This document shows, one piece after another, positions 1-8,674 of a stretch of 32,000 nt of DNA. The position numbers were made by a program, and so were the translations under genes. This stretch comes from Raphidiopsis brookii D9 (lineage in GTDB: Bacteria > Cyanobacteriota > Cyanobacteriia > Cyanobacteriales > Nostocaceae). The stretch covers positions 90,001-122,000 of the forward strand of contig ACYB01000020.1 in NCBI GenBank assembly GCA_000175855.1. The letters run 5' to 3'. The notes under the pieces are model-generated. The model saw only the letters and a list, made by a program, of their open reading frames with translations. It ran no database searches and was not told where the DNA came from. Position 1 is the first letter of the stretch; each line of letters begins with the position of its first letter.

Positions 1-111
1 TAAATGCTCACTTTCTAGCTGCTGTTGTTCGTACTGTTTGGCTATATCAGGAGTATGAGCAATAGCTTCCCAGGCTTTTTCTGTAAATTGGTTAGGATTA
101 TTTGGCTGCAT
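1..111 (-). CDS. clpB: ClpB chaperone, N-terminal fragment (runs off the left edge)
   Basis: Reverse complement reads MQPNNPNQFTEKAWEAIAHTPDIAKQYEQQQLESEHL, the recognisable N-terminus of cyanobacterial ClpB; start codon (cat) at 109-111. Confidence 0.85.
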   Translation of the reverse strand, partial: MQPNNPNQFTEKAWEAIAHTPDIAKQYEQQQLESEHL

Positions 112-212
112 ATTTTTTCATAACTCATAAACAACTCTGTTTAATTCTAATAGGGGATTCAGCTATTTTGGGATCGGTCTTCCTCTCCTGATAATGTAGT
201 ATTATCCGGTAC

Positions 213-1343
213 TTAAGTTAGAGTCTTTTGCGGCAAATAACCCTCAACTAAACAGTCACAACCAACTGTACGCCAATTAACCCGTTCTAAAACCAAAGAT
301 TCAGTCATAGAGTTCAAGCCCAAGTCACCAACGGGCGTAGGTGCGTATATACCACCAATAATTTTGGGAGCAATAAAAGCCAGGACTTTTTGCACTGCAT
401 TTTCGGCAATTGCTCTTGCAGCTAAAGTTCCCCCGCATTCCCACAGCACGGTACAAAAGCCACGCTCATACAGATGAGCCATTACCAGTCCCGGTGTTAA
501 TAGAGGTAGTTCCAGGACTTCTACACCCTTTTGGAGTAACATTTGCTGAAAATTAGGTGAACTACCTTCCTGAGTCAATACCAAGGTAGGAGCTACCCCG
601 GTGTCCCAAAGATGGGCATTTTCTGGCAAATTCAAACTAGCACTCATCACTACTCTCAAGGGATTATATCCTGCTTGTTGGTGAGTTGTTAACTGAGGAT
701 TATCCCGTCTAACTGTATTACCACCAACAATTACAGCATCACAAGCCGCTCTGAGTTGATGAACTTCGCTGCGGGCTTGATTGTTTGTAATCCAAGTGCT
801 GTGTCCAGAATTACTGGCAATTTTGCCATCTAAGGTCATGGCATACTTCAAAATGCCTAAAGGTTTCTGGTGTAGAATACGATAGACAAAACCTTCATTT
901 AGTTTCTGACAAGCTTCTTCTTCCACTCCTACAATTACCTCTATACCTGCTGCACGTAGTCTAGCAATACCAGCGCCAGCTACCAATGGGTTAGGATCAA
1001 CCATCCCCACAACGACTTTAGCCACACCCGCGTTAATTAAAGATAGAGAACAGGGAGGAGTCCTTCCATAATGGTTACAAGGTTCGAGACTTACATAAAT
1101 AGTGGCTCCACGAGCCCTTTCCCCAGCAGCTCTCAAGGCAAAAACTTCCCCATGGGGCTCGCCAGCACGAGGGTGAAAACCTTCGCCGACAATTTCCCCG
1201 TCTTTGACCACCACTGCTCCCACTAGGGGATTGGGGGAAGTGCGTCCCAAAGCCAACCGCGCTAATTGTAAACACCTTTGCATCATTAGCGCGTCAAACT
1301 CTATATCTAATATATTTGATGGTACTGTGAGTGGGGTTAACAT
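213..1343 (-). CDS. ribD: Bifunctional diaminohydroxyphosphoribosylaminopyrimidine deaminase / 5-amino-6-(5-phosphoribosylamino)uracil reductase
   Basis: 376-aa ORF with deaminase motifs HAEVF-type (GEVFALRAAG), EPCNHYGRTPPC and reductase segment MTLDGKIAS...; full-length. Confidence 0.93.
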   Translation of the reverse strand: MLTPLTVPSNILDIEFDALMMQRCLQLARLALGRTSPNPLVGAVVVKDGEIVGEGFHPRAGEPHGEVFALRAAGERARGATIYVSLEPCNHYGRTPPCSLSLINAGVAKVVVGMVDPNPLVAGAGIARLRAAGIEVIVGVEEEACQKLNEGFVYRILHQKPLGILKYAMTLDGKIASNSGHSTWITNNQARSEVHQLRAACDAVIVGGNTVRRDNPQLTTHQQAGYNPLRVVMSASLNLPENAHLWDTGVAPTLVLTQEGSSPNFQQMLLQKGVEVLELPLLTPGLVMAHLYERGFCTVLWECGGTLAARAIAENAVQKVLAFIAPKIIGGIYAPTPVGDLGLNSMTESLVLERVNWRTVGCDCLVEGYLPQKTLT

Positions 1344-1386
1344 TAGCTATTTTCCACCTGATAACTACATGATAAATTACAAGTTA

Positions 1387-2025
1387 TTAACTACGAGTTA
1401 ACTTAATAATTTTTTGCCACCAATGATTGAGAGGGTAATACACTACAGGAGCCCAAAGACTGCTAAGAATAGCAGAAGAAAGAGTAGATCTCTGGTAGTA
1501 TATCCGAATATCCTCGATCATCTCGAAACAATTAGGTCTACAACTATTATTCGTAAAGAATAACTGAACAACAAAAACAGTGTTTGATATAAGAACCATG
1601 ATAAATACTATCAAGGCAATGGAAATAAAATCCTCCTTAATAAAACGCTGTTTTTGCAGTCGACTAGTTAGTATTCCTACAATTGCTAGGCTCAAGGCGT
1701 GGGAAGGATGAGGTGCTGTTAAAGCATCTTGCAACAATCCCACAATTATACCCGCGAATGCACCAGCAATCGTGGGACGTTTGACACTCCAAGCCACTAG
1801 CCAAATCAATGGCCAGTTAGGTGCTATTCCCAATAGCTCTGTACCCAAAAATCTGGTTGGTGACATTAACAAGCATGCAAGCGCGGATGCAAATATAACT
1901 ACCCAATTCAAACCTTTGCGTAACCAAGGGTACCAGTCCTTCAGTGGGGGAATTAAGGGCTTTGATTCTTGGTGTTTTTTGCTTGGATCGTTATTTTTAC
2001 CTCTAAAAAATCCAGAAATTTTCAT
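1387..2025 (-). CDS. mreD: Rod shape-determining protein MreD
   Basis: Small hydrophobic multi-TM ORF immediately downstream of mreC in the same orientation; syntenic mreBCD. Confidence 0.8.
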   Translation of the reverse strand: MKISGFFRGKNNDPSKKHQESKPLIPPLKDWYPWLRKGLNWVVIFASALACLLMSPTRFLGTELLGIAPNWPLIWLVAWSVKRPTIAGAFAGIIVGLLQDALTAPHPSHALSLAIVGILTSRLQKQRFIKEDFISIALIVFIMVLISNTVFVVQLFFTNNSCRPNCFEMIEDIRIYYQRSTLSSAILSSLWAPVVYYPLNHWWQKIIKLTRS

Positions 2026-2081
2026 TGCTTTACCAGATTGGGTAGAAATACTCAGTTTCTGAAGGATCAGATTTTCTTTAG

Positions 2082-2888
2082 TTATTTATTGCTCTGGTTA
2101 TCCTTAGTCTTGTTTGGTATCGCCTCCAGCTTTGTGGTTACATGGGGATATATCATCACCCAGTCCAAATAACGAATTGGTGGAAACAATTCCACTTTAG
2201 CTAATGGGGCCGGTAATTTCTTTAAATCTAAAGACTTTATTTTACCTACTGGTTCACCAGGTGGAAATTTTTGACTGTAGGTGGAAGTGACTACTAAATC
2301 CCCTACCTTAATATTAGGGACTTTCTCATAAAACTCTAACACTCCCTCCCCAGAATAATCACCCCGCATAATACCTTTGGCTGCAGTTCGACTAATAGTT
2401 ACTCCTACTTGACTTGTGGCATCGCTAATTAGTAAAATACGACTAGTATGGGGGGTGACTGTCTGCACCAAACCCACTAGCCCACCTTCTGCTTTCACTA
2501 CAAAACCCGGTTTAATCCCTACTTTGGCTCCTCTATTTACAGTCACTTGTTGCCACCAATGGTCTGCACTACGTCCTACCACTCTTGCTACTACTGGACG
2601 ATTAGAAGCGCCCCCCTTCTCTACATAACCCATTAACTTTTGTAGTCTTTGATTTTGGGTTTGTAATTCGACTACGCGAGTTTGTAACTCCATCACCTTG
2701 GCATCACGAATTCTATTGTCAGTAGTATTACTAGATTGCAAAGTAGTTAAAGGAGACATGAAAGATTGGTATAGTTCCATTAATAACTCACCATTCTTCT
2801 CCTTTATTGTCCAAGCGCCACCCAATATTAAACCTAAGAGTGCTAGTTTTAATGTCTTATTTTCCCACCAACGCCTTGTAGTAAACAT
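2082..2888 (-). CDS. mreC: Rod shape-determining protein MreC
   Basis: N-terminal TM, coiled coil, and VVARVVGRSADHWWQQVTVNRGAKVGIKPGFVV MreC core; between mreB and mreD. Confidence 0.9.
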   Translation of the reverse strand: MFTTRRWWENKTLKLALLGLILGGAWTIKEKNGELLMELYQSFMSPLTTLQSSNTTDNRIRDAKVMELQTRVVELQTQNQRLQKLMGYVEKGGASNRPVVARVVGRSADHWWQQVTVNRGAKVGIKPGFVVKAEGGLVGLVQTVTPHTSRILLISDATSQVGVTISRTAAKGIMRGDYSGEGVLEFYEKVPNIKVGDLVVTSTYSQKFPPGEPVGKIKSLDLKKLPAPLAKVELFPPIRYLDWVMIYPHVTTKLEAIPNKTKDNQSNK

Positions 2889-3075
2889 TTGTACCTTGAT
2901 TTAACAGCTAATGGATTAGTCAGTCAGTGTTTTAGTAAAAAACAGTAATAGTGGCACCCATCAAACATTTTAATGATGATTTTTAACTCTTATTATTACT
3001 TAGTGGATACTATCCAATCCTAATAGTTTAGATGGATTCGAGTATCCACTAAAGTAGCACTAAGAATTTTATGTG

Positions 3076-4137
3076 TTACGTGTTACGAGATCTTCCACTA
3101 AACACACGTTCAAGCTGCTTGAAGTTTTCTAGTACACGTCCAGTTCCCAAAACTACACAGCTCAAGGGATCCGCAGCTATGTGGGTTACGATACCAGTTT
3201 CATGACTAATTAGTGTGTCTAGTCCTTTGAGTAGTGCACCACCTCCTGCCAACATGATACCTCTATCAATAATATCGGCTGCCAGTTCCGGTGGTGTTCT
3301 TTCTAAAGTACGTTTAACTGCTTCTATTATAATTGCTAATGGTTCTAGCATGCTTTCACGTACTTCTTGTCCTTGCACTGTGACTGTTCTTGGCAATCCA
3401 GAAAGCAGGTGGAGACCTCGAACTTCCATACTCCCCTGCTCCTCCTCGGTGCTGGGGTAGGCGGAACCAATGCGGATTTTAATTTCCTCTGCTGTTCTCT
3501 CCCCAATTACCAAATTATGAACTTTCTTCATGTACTGAATTATGGACTCGGTCAGCTCATCACCAGCAATCCGAACTGACTCGCTGACTACTGTTCCCTG
3601 CAAGCTAAGTACAGCTACTTCTGTAGTTCCCCCACCAATATCGATAATCATATTACCAGTGGGCTCTGCTACTGGTAAACCAGCACCAATAGCTGCTGCT
3701 ACTGGTTCGTCAATTAGATATACTTCCCTAGCTCCCGCTTGAGTAGCTGCATCCATAACAGCTCTTCTTTCCACTCCCGTAACTCCACTAGGAATGCCAA
3801 TGACAATCCTGGGGAGGAGCAGAGGTTTGCCTTCATTTACCCTTTGAATGAAGCTTTTTAACATTAGCTCGGCTGTGTCAAAGTCGGCTATAACACCATC
3901 ACGAAGGGGTCGAACTGCTATAATATTGCCTGGAGTTCTACCCAGCATCCTTTTGGCATCCTCTCCCACTGCTAAGGCTATTTTTTCATTCTGATCGATC
4001 GCCACTACCGATGGTTCCTGTAGTACTATGCCTTTACCAGACACATACACTAGGGTGTTAGCTGTACCGAGATCGATACCCATATCCCATGACGAGCGGA
4101 AGTTTCTAAAGAAAGGAACCACGCTTAATGCCCCCAA
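3076..4137 (-). CDS. mreB: Rod shape-determining protein MreB (actin-like)
   Basis: GIDLGTANTLVYVSGKGIVLQEPSVVAI and GGGALLKGLDTL motifs; full-length. Confidence 0.96.
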   Translation of the reverse strand: MGALSVVPFFRNFRSSWDMGIDLGTANTLVYVSGKGIVLQEPSVVAIDQNEKIALAVGEDAKRMLGRTPGNIIAVRPLRDGVIADFDTAELMLKSFIQRVNEGKPLLLPRIVIGIPSGVTGVERRAVMDAATQAGAREVYLIDEPVAAAIGAGLPVAEPTGNMIIDIGGGTTEVAVLSLQGTVVSESVRIAGDELTESIIQYMKKVHNLVIGERTAEEIKIRIGSAYPSTEEEQGSMEVRGLHLLSGLPRTVTVQGQEVRESMLEPLAIIIEAVKRTLERTPPELAADIIDRGIMLAGGGALLKGLDTLISHETGIVTHIAADPLSCVVLGTGRVLENFKQLERVFSGRSRNT

Positions 4138-4469
4138 ATTTCATTAATTTCAATGTTAACAGTTAGGTGTTATTATTCTGGATCTCAGACACATCCTAGT
4201 CTAACTCCAGTTGATCAGACTATTTTTCCAGTAATTTTCTGGATATTTTCAGCAATTAGTTAGTCATAGGCATCTCCTTTACTCTATTCTTGATCTACTG
4301 AGTACAACCGCAAAATCGGGGAGAATATTCTCTCAAGAATTAACTACCATATTTCATGGGTTTTCACAAGAAAATTTCCCGCCTTGATAATGGTTAAATT
4401 GTCAATACCCCATTTGTCTGTTATAATGTAACCTCATTTCTTTTTGGAAACAAGGTAACGGTAACACAA

Positions 4470-4533
4470 ATGAGCATTAATGTTGTCACTTTGGTGGGAC
4501 GTGTCGGTGGCGATCCCACTATCAAATATTTTG
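4470..4533 (+). CDS. ssb: Single-stranded DNA-binding protein, 5' exon (interrupted by group II intron)
   Basis: ATG at 4470; translates MSINVVTLVGRVGGDPTIKYF + first base of the next codon. Joined to 5274 it restores ...IKYF-E-SGTVKCELTLAVNRRTRN, the expected SSB sequence. Confidence 0.9.
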
Positions 4534-5273
4534 GTGCGACCCGTTAAGTGGAAAACCAAGCCCTAGCCTGGAAACCATTACAAGGATGTGGCTGTGTGCC
4601 TACTTCACCTTGAAACTTAGCTCCTGAGAGGGTGAGATTTCTAAGAAATATGAGAAAACTATAACAAATGTCAATAAATGCTCATAGATTAAAATCTGTA
4701 ACAGGCTTCTTAGAACTTCAATTCCCTCCTTCTAGATGCCAGAAGATGCAACGCCCCCACTTTTGGGACTGACAATCACCAAGGGTGAAGCGGGGAGTAA
4801 AGGAGGTAACTTTGAACCTGGCAAGGAATCCCTCCCAGCAGAGATGGGTATGAGTAAGGTAATCTGAATCTATGTTGGAGCCGTCGTCATTGATATCAGC
4901 CTACACAGGTTATTGGCTGTGCCAAAAGGCAAGGATTTGGGCTAGGCAATCCAAAATTTGACCTAGGGCATTCCCGCATAAACCCGGCGGATAGTAGGAC
5001 TCTAACCCCATCGTCAAGCAGGAGCTAGGAACGGGATAACCCCCCAATTTCTCTCTCAATGTTCCATTGGTGAGTAGGGAGTCACCCGGATGATTTTGGG
5101 GGGAGGGATTGGCTCAGAAGCCAAAGCCTTTGGGAAAGCCAAAGGATATGCAGACAGAGCCACAATAACTCAAAATAGGTCCCATTGAGTTATTGAGGAG
5201 CCGTGTGCGGTGAAAGTCGCATGCACGGTTTTGAAGCAGAGGTAACCAGGGTGACCTGTTTATCGACTGTAAC
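4534..5273 (+). other. Group II intron, ORF-less (ribozyme only), 740 nt, inserted in ssb
   Basis: 5' end GTGCGAC and 3' end ...AC (AY). Domain V signature GAGCCGTGTGCGGTGAAAGTCGCATGCACGGTTTTGA at 5198-5234. EBS1 CAAAAT (4952-4957) is a perfect complement of IBS1 ATTTTG (4528-4533). EBS2 TTGATA (4890-4895) is a perfect complement of IBS2 TATCAA (4520-4525). Precise excision restores the ssb frame. No reverse-transcriptase ORF inside. Confidence 0.93.
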
Positions 5274-5572
5274 AGTCGGGAACTGTTAAGTGCGAGTTGA
5301 CTTTAGCAGTTAATCGCAGAACTCGTAATAGTGACCAACCAGATTGGTTTAATCTGGAAATCTGGGGCAAAACAGCAGAGGTGGCTAATAATTATGTCCG
5401 CAAAGGTGCATTAATTGGCATTAAGGGTTTTCTTAAGTTTGATACCTGGAGCGATCGCCAGACCGGTACAAACCGTTCCAAGCCCGTCATTCAAGTAGAA
5501 CAACTAGAATTACTAGGTTCTAAACGAGATAGCGAAGCTGGGATGGCTGATATACCGGCGGAGAATTTCTAA
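5274..5572 (+). CDS. ssb: Single-stranded DNA-binding protein, 3' exon
   Basis: Reads (E)SGTVKCELTLAVNRRTRNSDQPDWFNLEIWGKTAEVANNYVRKGALIGIKGFLKFDTWSDRQTG...; OB-fold SSB. The track's 5297 start is an internal TTG created by the interruption. Confidence 0.92.
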
Positions 5573-5633
5573 GCACCAAAGCAAAAAACCAGGCAGACGG
5601 GGATTTACCAGTCTGCCATCCGTATTTATTTAA

Positions 5634-5677
5634 GGGCGAACGATGGGACTTGAACCGACGAGTGGTGGAACCACAAT
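5634..5677 (-). pseudogene. Duplicated 3' part of tRNA-His (44 nt, 43/44 identical to the intact gene)
   Basis: gggcgaacgatgggacttgaaccgacgagtggtggaaccacaat matches 7878-7921 except one base in the T stem. The adjoining sequence does not form a D arm or 5' acceptor. Confidence 0.8.
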
Positions 5678-5805
5678 TCCACCAGAAGATTTCTGGGTCC
5701 TTGTCCAGAATTCAACGCTACGAGGCCAACTTGATGCCGCGCGAAGGCGAGGATCTCCATTGAGAAATGTTGCATAATGTAAAGATACCGTTAGCGAAAG
5801 AAATC

Positions 5806-6741
5806 ATGCAGACCGTTACACTTGGCGACCGCGGACCTAGCGTTAGTGCTTTAGGGATGGGGACTTGGGCTTGGGGAGATACGCTTTTTTGGGCTTATGG
5901 CAAATCCTTTGGAGAGTCGGAGGTAGCAGCAGCATTTCAGGCATCCTTGGCAGCAGGGATTACCTTTTTTGATACGGCGGAGATCTATGGTTTTGGAGAA
6001 TCAGAACGGCTACTCGGCCAGTTTTGTCAGCAAACCCAGCAGCCGGTTCAAATTGCGACCAAGTATTTTCCCTTGCCCTGGCGCTGGAATCGAGTCGCGA
6101 TCGTCGATGCCTTAACAGCCAGTTTAGACCGCCTACGAATGTCGCGAATTTGCCTGTATCAAATCCATTGGCCCTTGGAATTTTTGCTGAAAACCCAAGA
6201 CTTTATGGAAGTGTTAGCGGCGGAGGTTAAAAAAGGACGCATCCAAGCCGTAGGAGTTAGTAACTATGGGGCGAAACAAATGACCCTCGCCCATGAGTAT
6301 CTGGCGGCAAAAGGTATTCCCCTAGCGACCAATCAAGTCCCCTATTCCTTATTGACGAGACAAATTGAGAGCAACGGCATTCTCGACCAAGCTCGTCAAT
6401 TGGGCGTAACCATTCTCGCCTACAGTCCCTTAGCGCAAGGACTACTCACAGGCAAATATACCCCCGAAACTGCTCCCAGTTTGCAAGGCGCACGCCGTCT
6501 TGATCCCCGCTTCAGTCCCCAAGGGCTGAAAAAACTAGCTCCCCTAATTTCTGCCCTCCAACAAATTGGAGAAAAATATGACAAAACCCCGGCCCAGGTA
6601 TCTTTAAATTGGTTGATTGCCCAGGGAAATGTCATCCCTATTCCTGGGGCGAAGAATGCCAACCAAGCTAAGCAAAATGCGGGAGCTTTGGGATGGTTGT
6701 TGAGTCCAGAAGAGGTGGAAAGCCTAGGTACAATTGTTTGA
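5806..6741 (+). CDS. Aldo/keto reductase family oxidoreductase
   Basis: TIM-barrel AKR motifs: GMGTWAWGD, FFDTAEIYGFGESERLLG, YQIHWPLE, VGVSNYG, PIPGAKNANQ. ORF track start 5767; in-frame ATG at 5806 (MQTVTLGDRGPSVSALGMGTW) looks more natural. Confidence 0.88.
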   Translation: MQTVTLGDRGPSVSALGMGTWAWGDTLFWAYGKSFGESEVAAAFQASLAAGITFFDTAEIYGFGESERLLGQFCQQTQQPVQIATKYFPLPWRWNRVAIVDALTASLDRLRMSRICLYQIHWPLEFLLKTQDFMEVLAAEVKKGRIQAVGVSNYGAKQMTLAHEYLAAKGIPLATNQVPYSLLTRQIESNGILDQARQLGVTILAYSPLAQGLLTGKYTPETAPSLQGARRLDPRFSPQGLKKLAPLISALQQIGEKYDKTPAQVSLNWLIAQGNVIPIPGAKNANQAKQNAGALGWLLSPEEVESLGTIV

Positions 6742-6782
6742 TTGTGCATATCAATCATAAACCTTGAGATAGGTTACACACC

Positions 6783-7674
6783 ATGAGCGAATACCAATAC
6801 TATGAATTCCAAGCTATCGATCGCCCCCTAACCCCAAGACGAAAGAGCGGCCATCAGCCAGCTATCGAGCCGCGTCAAGCCAACGGCGACGAGCGCCAGT
6901 TTTACCTACAGTTACGGCGATTTTCATGGCGATCCCAAACAAGTGCTGGCTCAGTATTTCGATATTATGTACTACATCGCCAACTGGGGGACGCAGCAAT
7001 TAATGTTTCGTTTTCCCAAATCCCTCATTTCCCAAAAAGCAATTGAACCTTGCTGTATTGATAATTGTATCAGCTTATCTTTTGTGGGAGATTGGGCAAT
7101 TTTAGATTGGGAGTTTAGTCAAGAAGAAGGTTTTGATTACTGGATAAAAGGAGAAGGGATTCTGTCCGAATTGATAGGATTACGCCAAGAAATTCTCCAG
7201 CAAGACTATCGAGGATTATATTTAGCCTGGCTTAAAGCTATTGCCTTATCTGAGGAATATATAGACATCGATAATACCCAACTAGAACCTCCTCTACCCC
7301 CGGGGCTAAATCAACTTTCTCCATCTCAAAAAGCTTTTGTAGAAATCTTTGATTTGGACGAAAACTTATTAAATGTTGCTTGTGCATCTAGTGGTCAGCC
7401 AACAACTATCTCTGAGCAAGTTTGGCAACAAGCTATTACCAAATTATCGGCTTCTGAATGCCAAGATTTCTTATTGCGATTGTTGAAAGAAGAATCTAAT
7501 TTATCCGCTAAATTTAAACGAAGGCTATCTCAATTAATCCCTCCTTCTCCTGCTTCTAACCAGCCTCGACGCACAATCCAAGAACTTCTTGAGGCTAGTT
7601 CTGAAGAAGGAAAAAAGGCAGAAAAACGGCAACAAAAAAGAAGCAGAAGCCAATTCAGGAAGTCGAGTCCCTAA
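6783..7674 (+). pseudogene. Conserved cyanobacterial hypothetical protein, frameshifted near 6831-6840 (and probably decayed at the C-terminus)
   Basis: Frame 1 gives MSEYQYYEFQAIDRPLTP; the other frame then continues DERAAISQLSSRVKPTATSASFTYSYGDFHGDPKQVLAQYFDIMYYIANWGTQQLMFRFPKS. The two ORFs (6783..7046 and 6943..7674) are one gene split by an indel. Confidence 0.75.
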
Positions 7675-7877
7675 TTCATAAAGGTTCACGGGAAGCTCAA
7701 CGGGGCGATCGCTCTGTGAAAGCCGAGTCTCGCTGAGAGCGACAATCCCATCATTGACCTCAAAACCAAAAGGACTCCCAAAACCACGAAACCCTTCCGT
7801 AATCAACAAAACTTTTATCATTTATCTAAGATAATTCCGAATTTTAGTCTAGCCTGAAATCGGAAGCCTTGAAAACA

Positions 7878-7952
7878 GGGCGAACGATGGGACTTGAACC
7901 CACGAGTGGTGGAACCACAATCCACTGCCTTAACCACTTGGCTACGCTCGCC
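7878..7952 (-). tRNA. tRNA-His (anticodon GTG)
   Basis: GGCGAGCGTAGCCAAGTGGTTAAGGCAGTGGATTGTGGTTCCACCACTCGTGGGTTCAAGTCCCATCGTTCGCCC folds as a cloverleaf: acceptor GGCGAGC/GTTCGCC, anticodon loop TTGTGGT, T loop TTCAAGT, C73. Confidence 0.93.
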
Positions 7953-8056
7953 ACTAACTCTTCTAAATTAACACGACCAGATGAAAAAGATCAAGTTCCT
8001 TAGTAAAAATTCATCTTTTTTGTTAAATTAATCGGAAAGTACCTATTTTCCTTGAT

Positions 8057-8437
8057 ATGAAACTCTCTGTGATCATCACATCTCTAAGTGTACTGGCAAT
8101 AGCCGGTTTGGGAGTAACTATGGCCCATAGCAATCCTAGGGAAGTAACTTATCAGGAATACGCAGTGAAAAAAATAACTACTGTCCTCAAGACTGATGGT
8201 TGTCAGAAAGTGCCGATTTTCTTGCGCAACCTGGTTAAGTTTGACTGTAACCAGCTGGTTGATTCCGCTAAGTCACAGATTAGGGATGTGGTGGTTTCTA
8301 CTACAAAAAGACAAAACTATGTTTTGATGAGTATATATATCACCAACTTAAAAATTCATGACTCCCTACCAGGTTACACTTTTGAGACCCTAGGGGCCTT
8401 CAATAGTTTTTACACTTACAGAGTAAAACAGGAGTAG
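8057..8437 (+). CDS. Hypothetical protein with N-terminal signal/TM segment
   Basis: 126-aa ORF; MKLSVIITSLSVLAIAGLGVTMAHS signal-like N-terminus. Confidence 0.65.
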   Translation: MKLSVIITSLSVLAIAGLGVTMAHSNPREVTYQEYAVKKITTVLKTDGCQKVPIFLRNLVKFDCNQLVDSAKSQIRDVVVSTTKRQNYVLMSIYITNLKIHDSLPGYTFETLGAFNSFYTYRVKQE

Positions 8438-8448
8438 GAAGAAATAAT

Positions 8449-8637
8449 TTATACATTTACGGTGATGCTCTCAATTTGTTTAGCCGCTTTTTCCCATTGT
8501 TTAGCAGTATCTTCATCTTGCCAGTGAGTGCGGAGGTTTTCCGCTTTTTTATGGCAAATTCGTTCTAAGATCTCTAAAACTGCCGCCAGTGTGAGTTCAT
8601 CAACCAAATGTTCTATAGCGTGGGTTGGTTCATTCAT
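8449..8637 (-). CDS. Small hypothetical protein (62 aa)
   Basis: MNEPTHAIEHLVDELTLAAVLEILERICHKKAENLRTHWQDEDTAKQWEKAAKQIES; compact helical ORF of plausible composition. Confidence 0.55.
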   Translation of the reverse strand: MNEPTHAIEHLVDELTLAAVLEILERICHKKAENLRTHWQDEDTAKQWEKAAKQIESITVNV

Positions 8638-8674
8638 AAAAACCTCTTGTAAAGTATAAAATCTATAAGATCTA

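Noticed and set aside
1075-1401. Track ORFs 1075..1275 (-) and 1204..1401 (+)
   Set aside because: They overlap the well-supported ribD frame and its immediate upstream region, with no recognisable protein features.
1772-2904. Track ORFs 1772..2062, 1969..2172, 2416..2628, 2698..2904 (+/-)
   Set aside because: Shadow ORFs opposite or overlapping mreC/mreD; low-complexity translations without family motifs.
3215-3742. Track ORFs 3215..3460, 3367..3579, 3542..3742 (+)
   Set aside because: Antisense shadows of mreB.
4534-5273. Intron-encoded reverse transcriptase/maturase inside the intron
   Set aside because: At 740 nt the element is too short and no long ORF or RT motif is present.
5297-5572. 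ssb annotated as a 91-aa protein starting at 5297 (TTG)
   Set aside because: This start is an artefact of the intron; the real protein begins at 4470 and is joined at 4533/5274.
7534-7821. Minus-strand ORF MIKVLLITEGFRGFGSPFGFEVNDG...
   Set aside because: Largely antisense to the decayed gene; the N-terminal part could be a gene fragment, but evidence is too weak to call.
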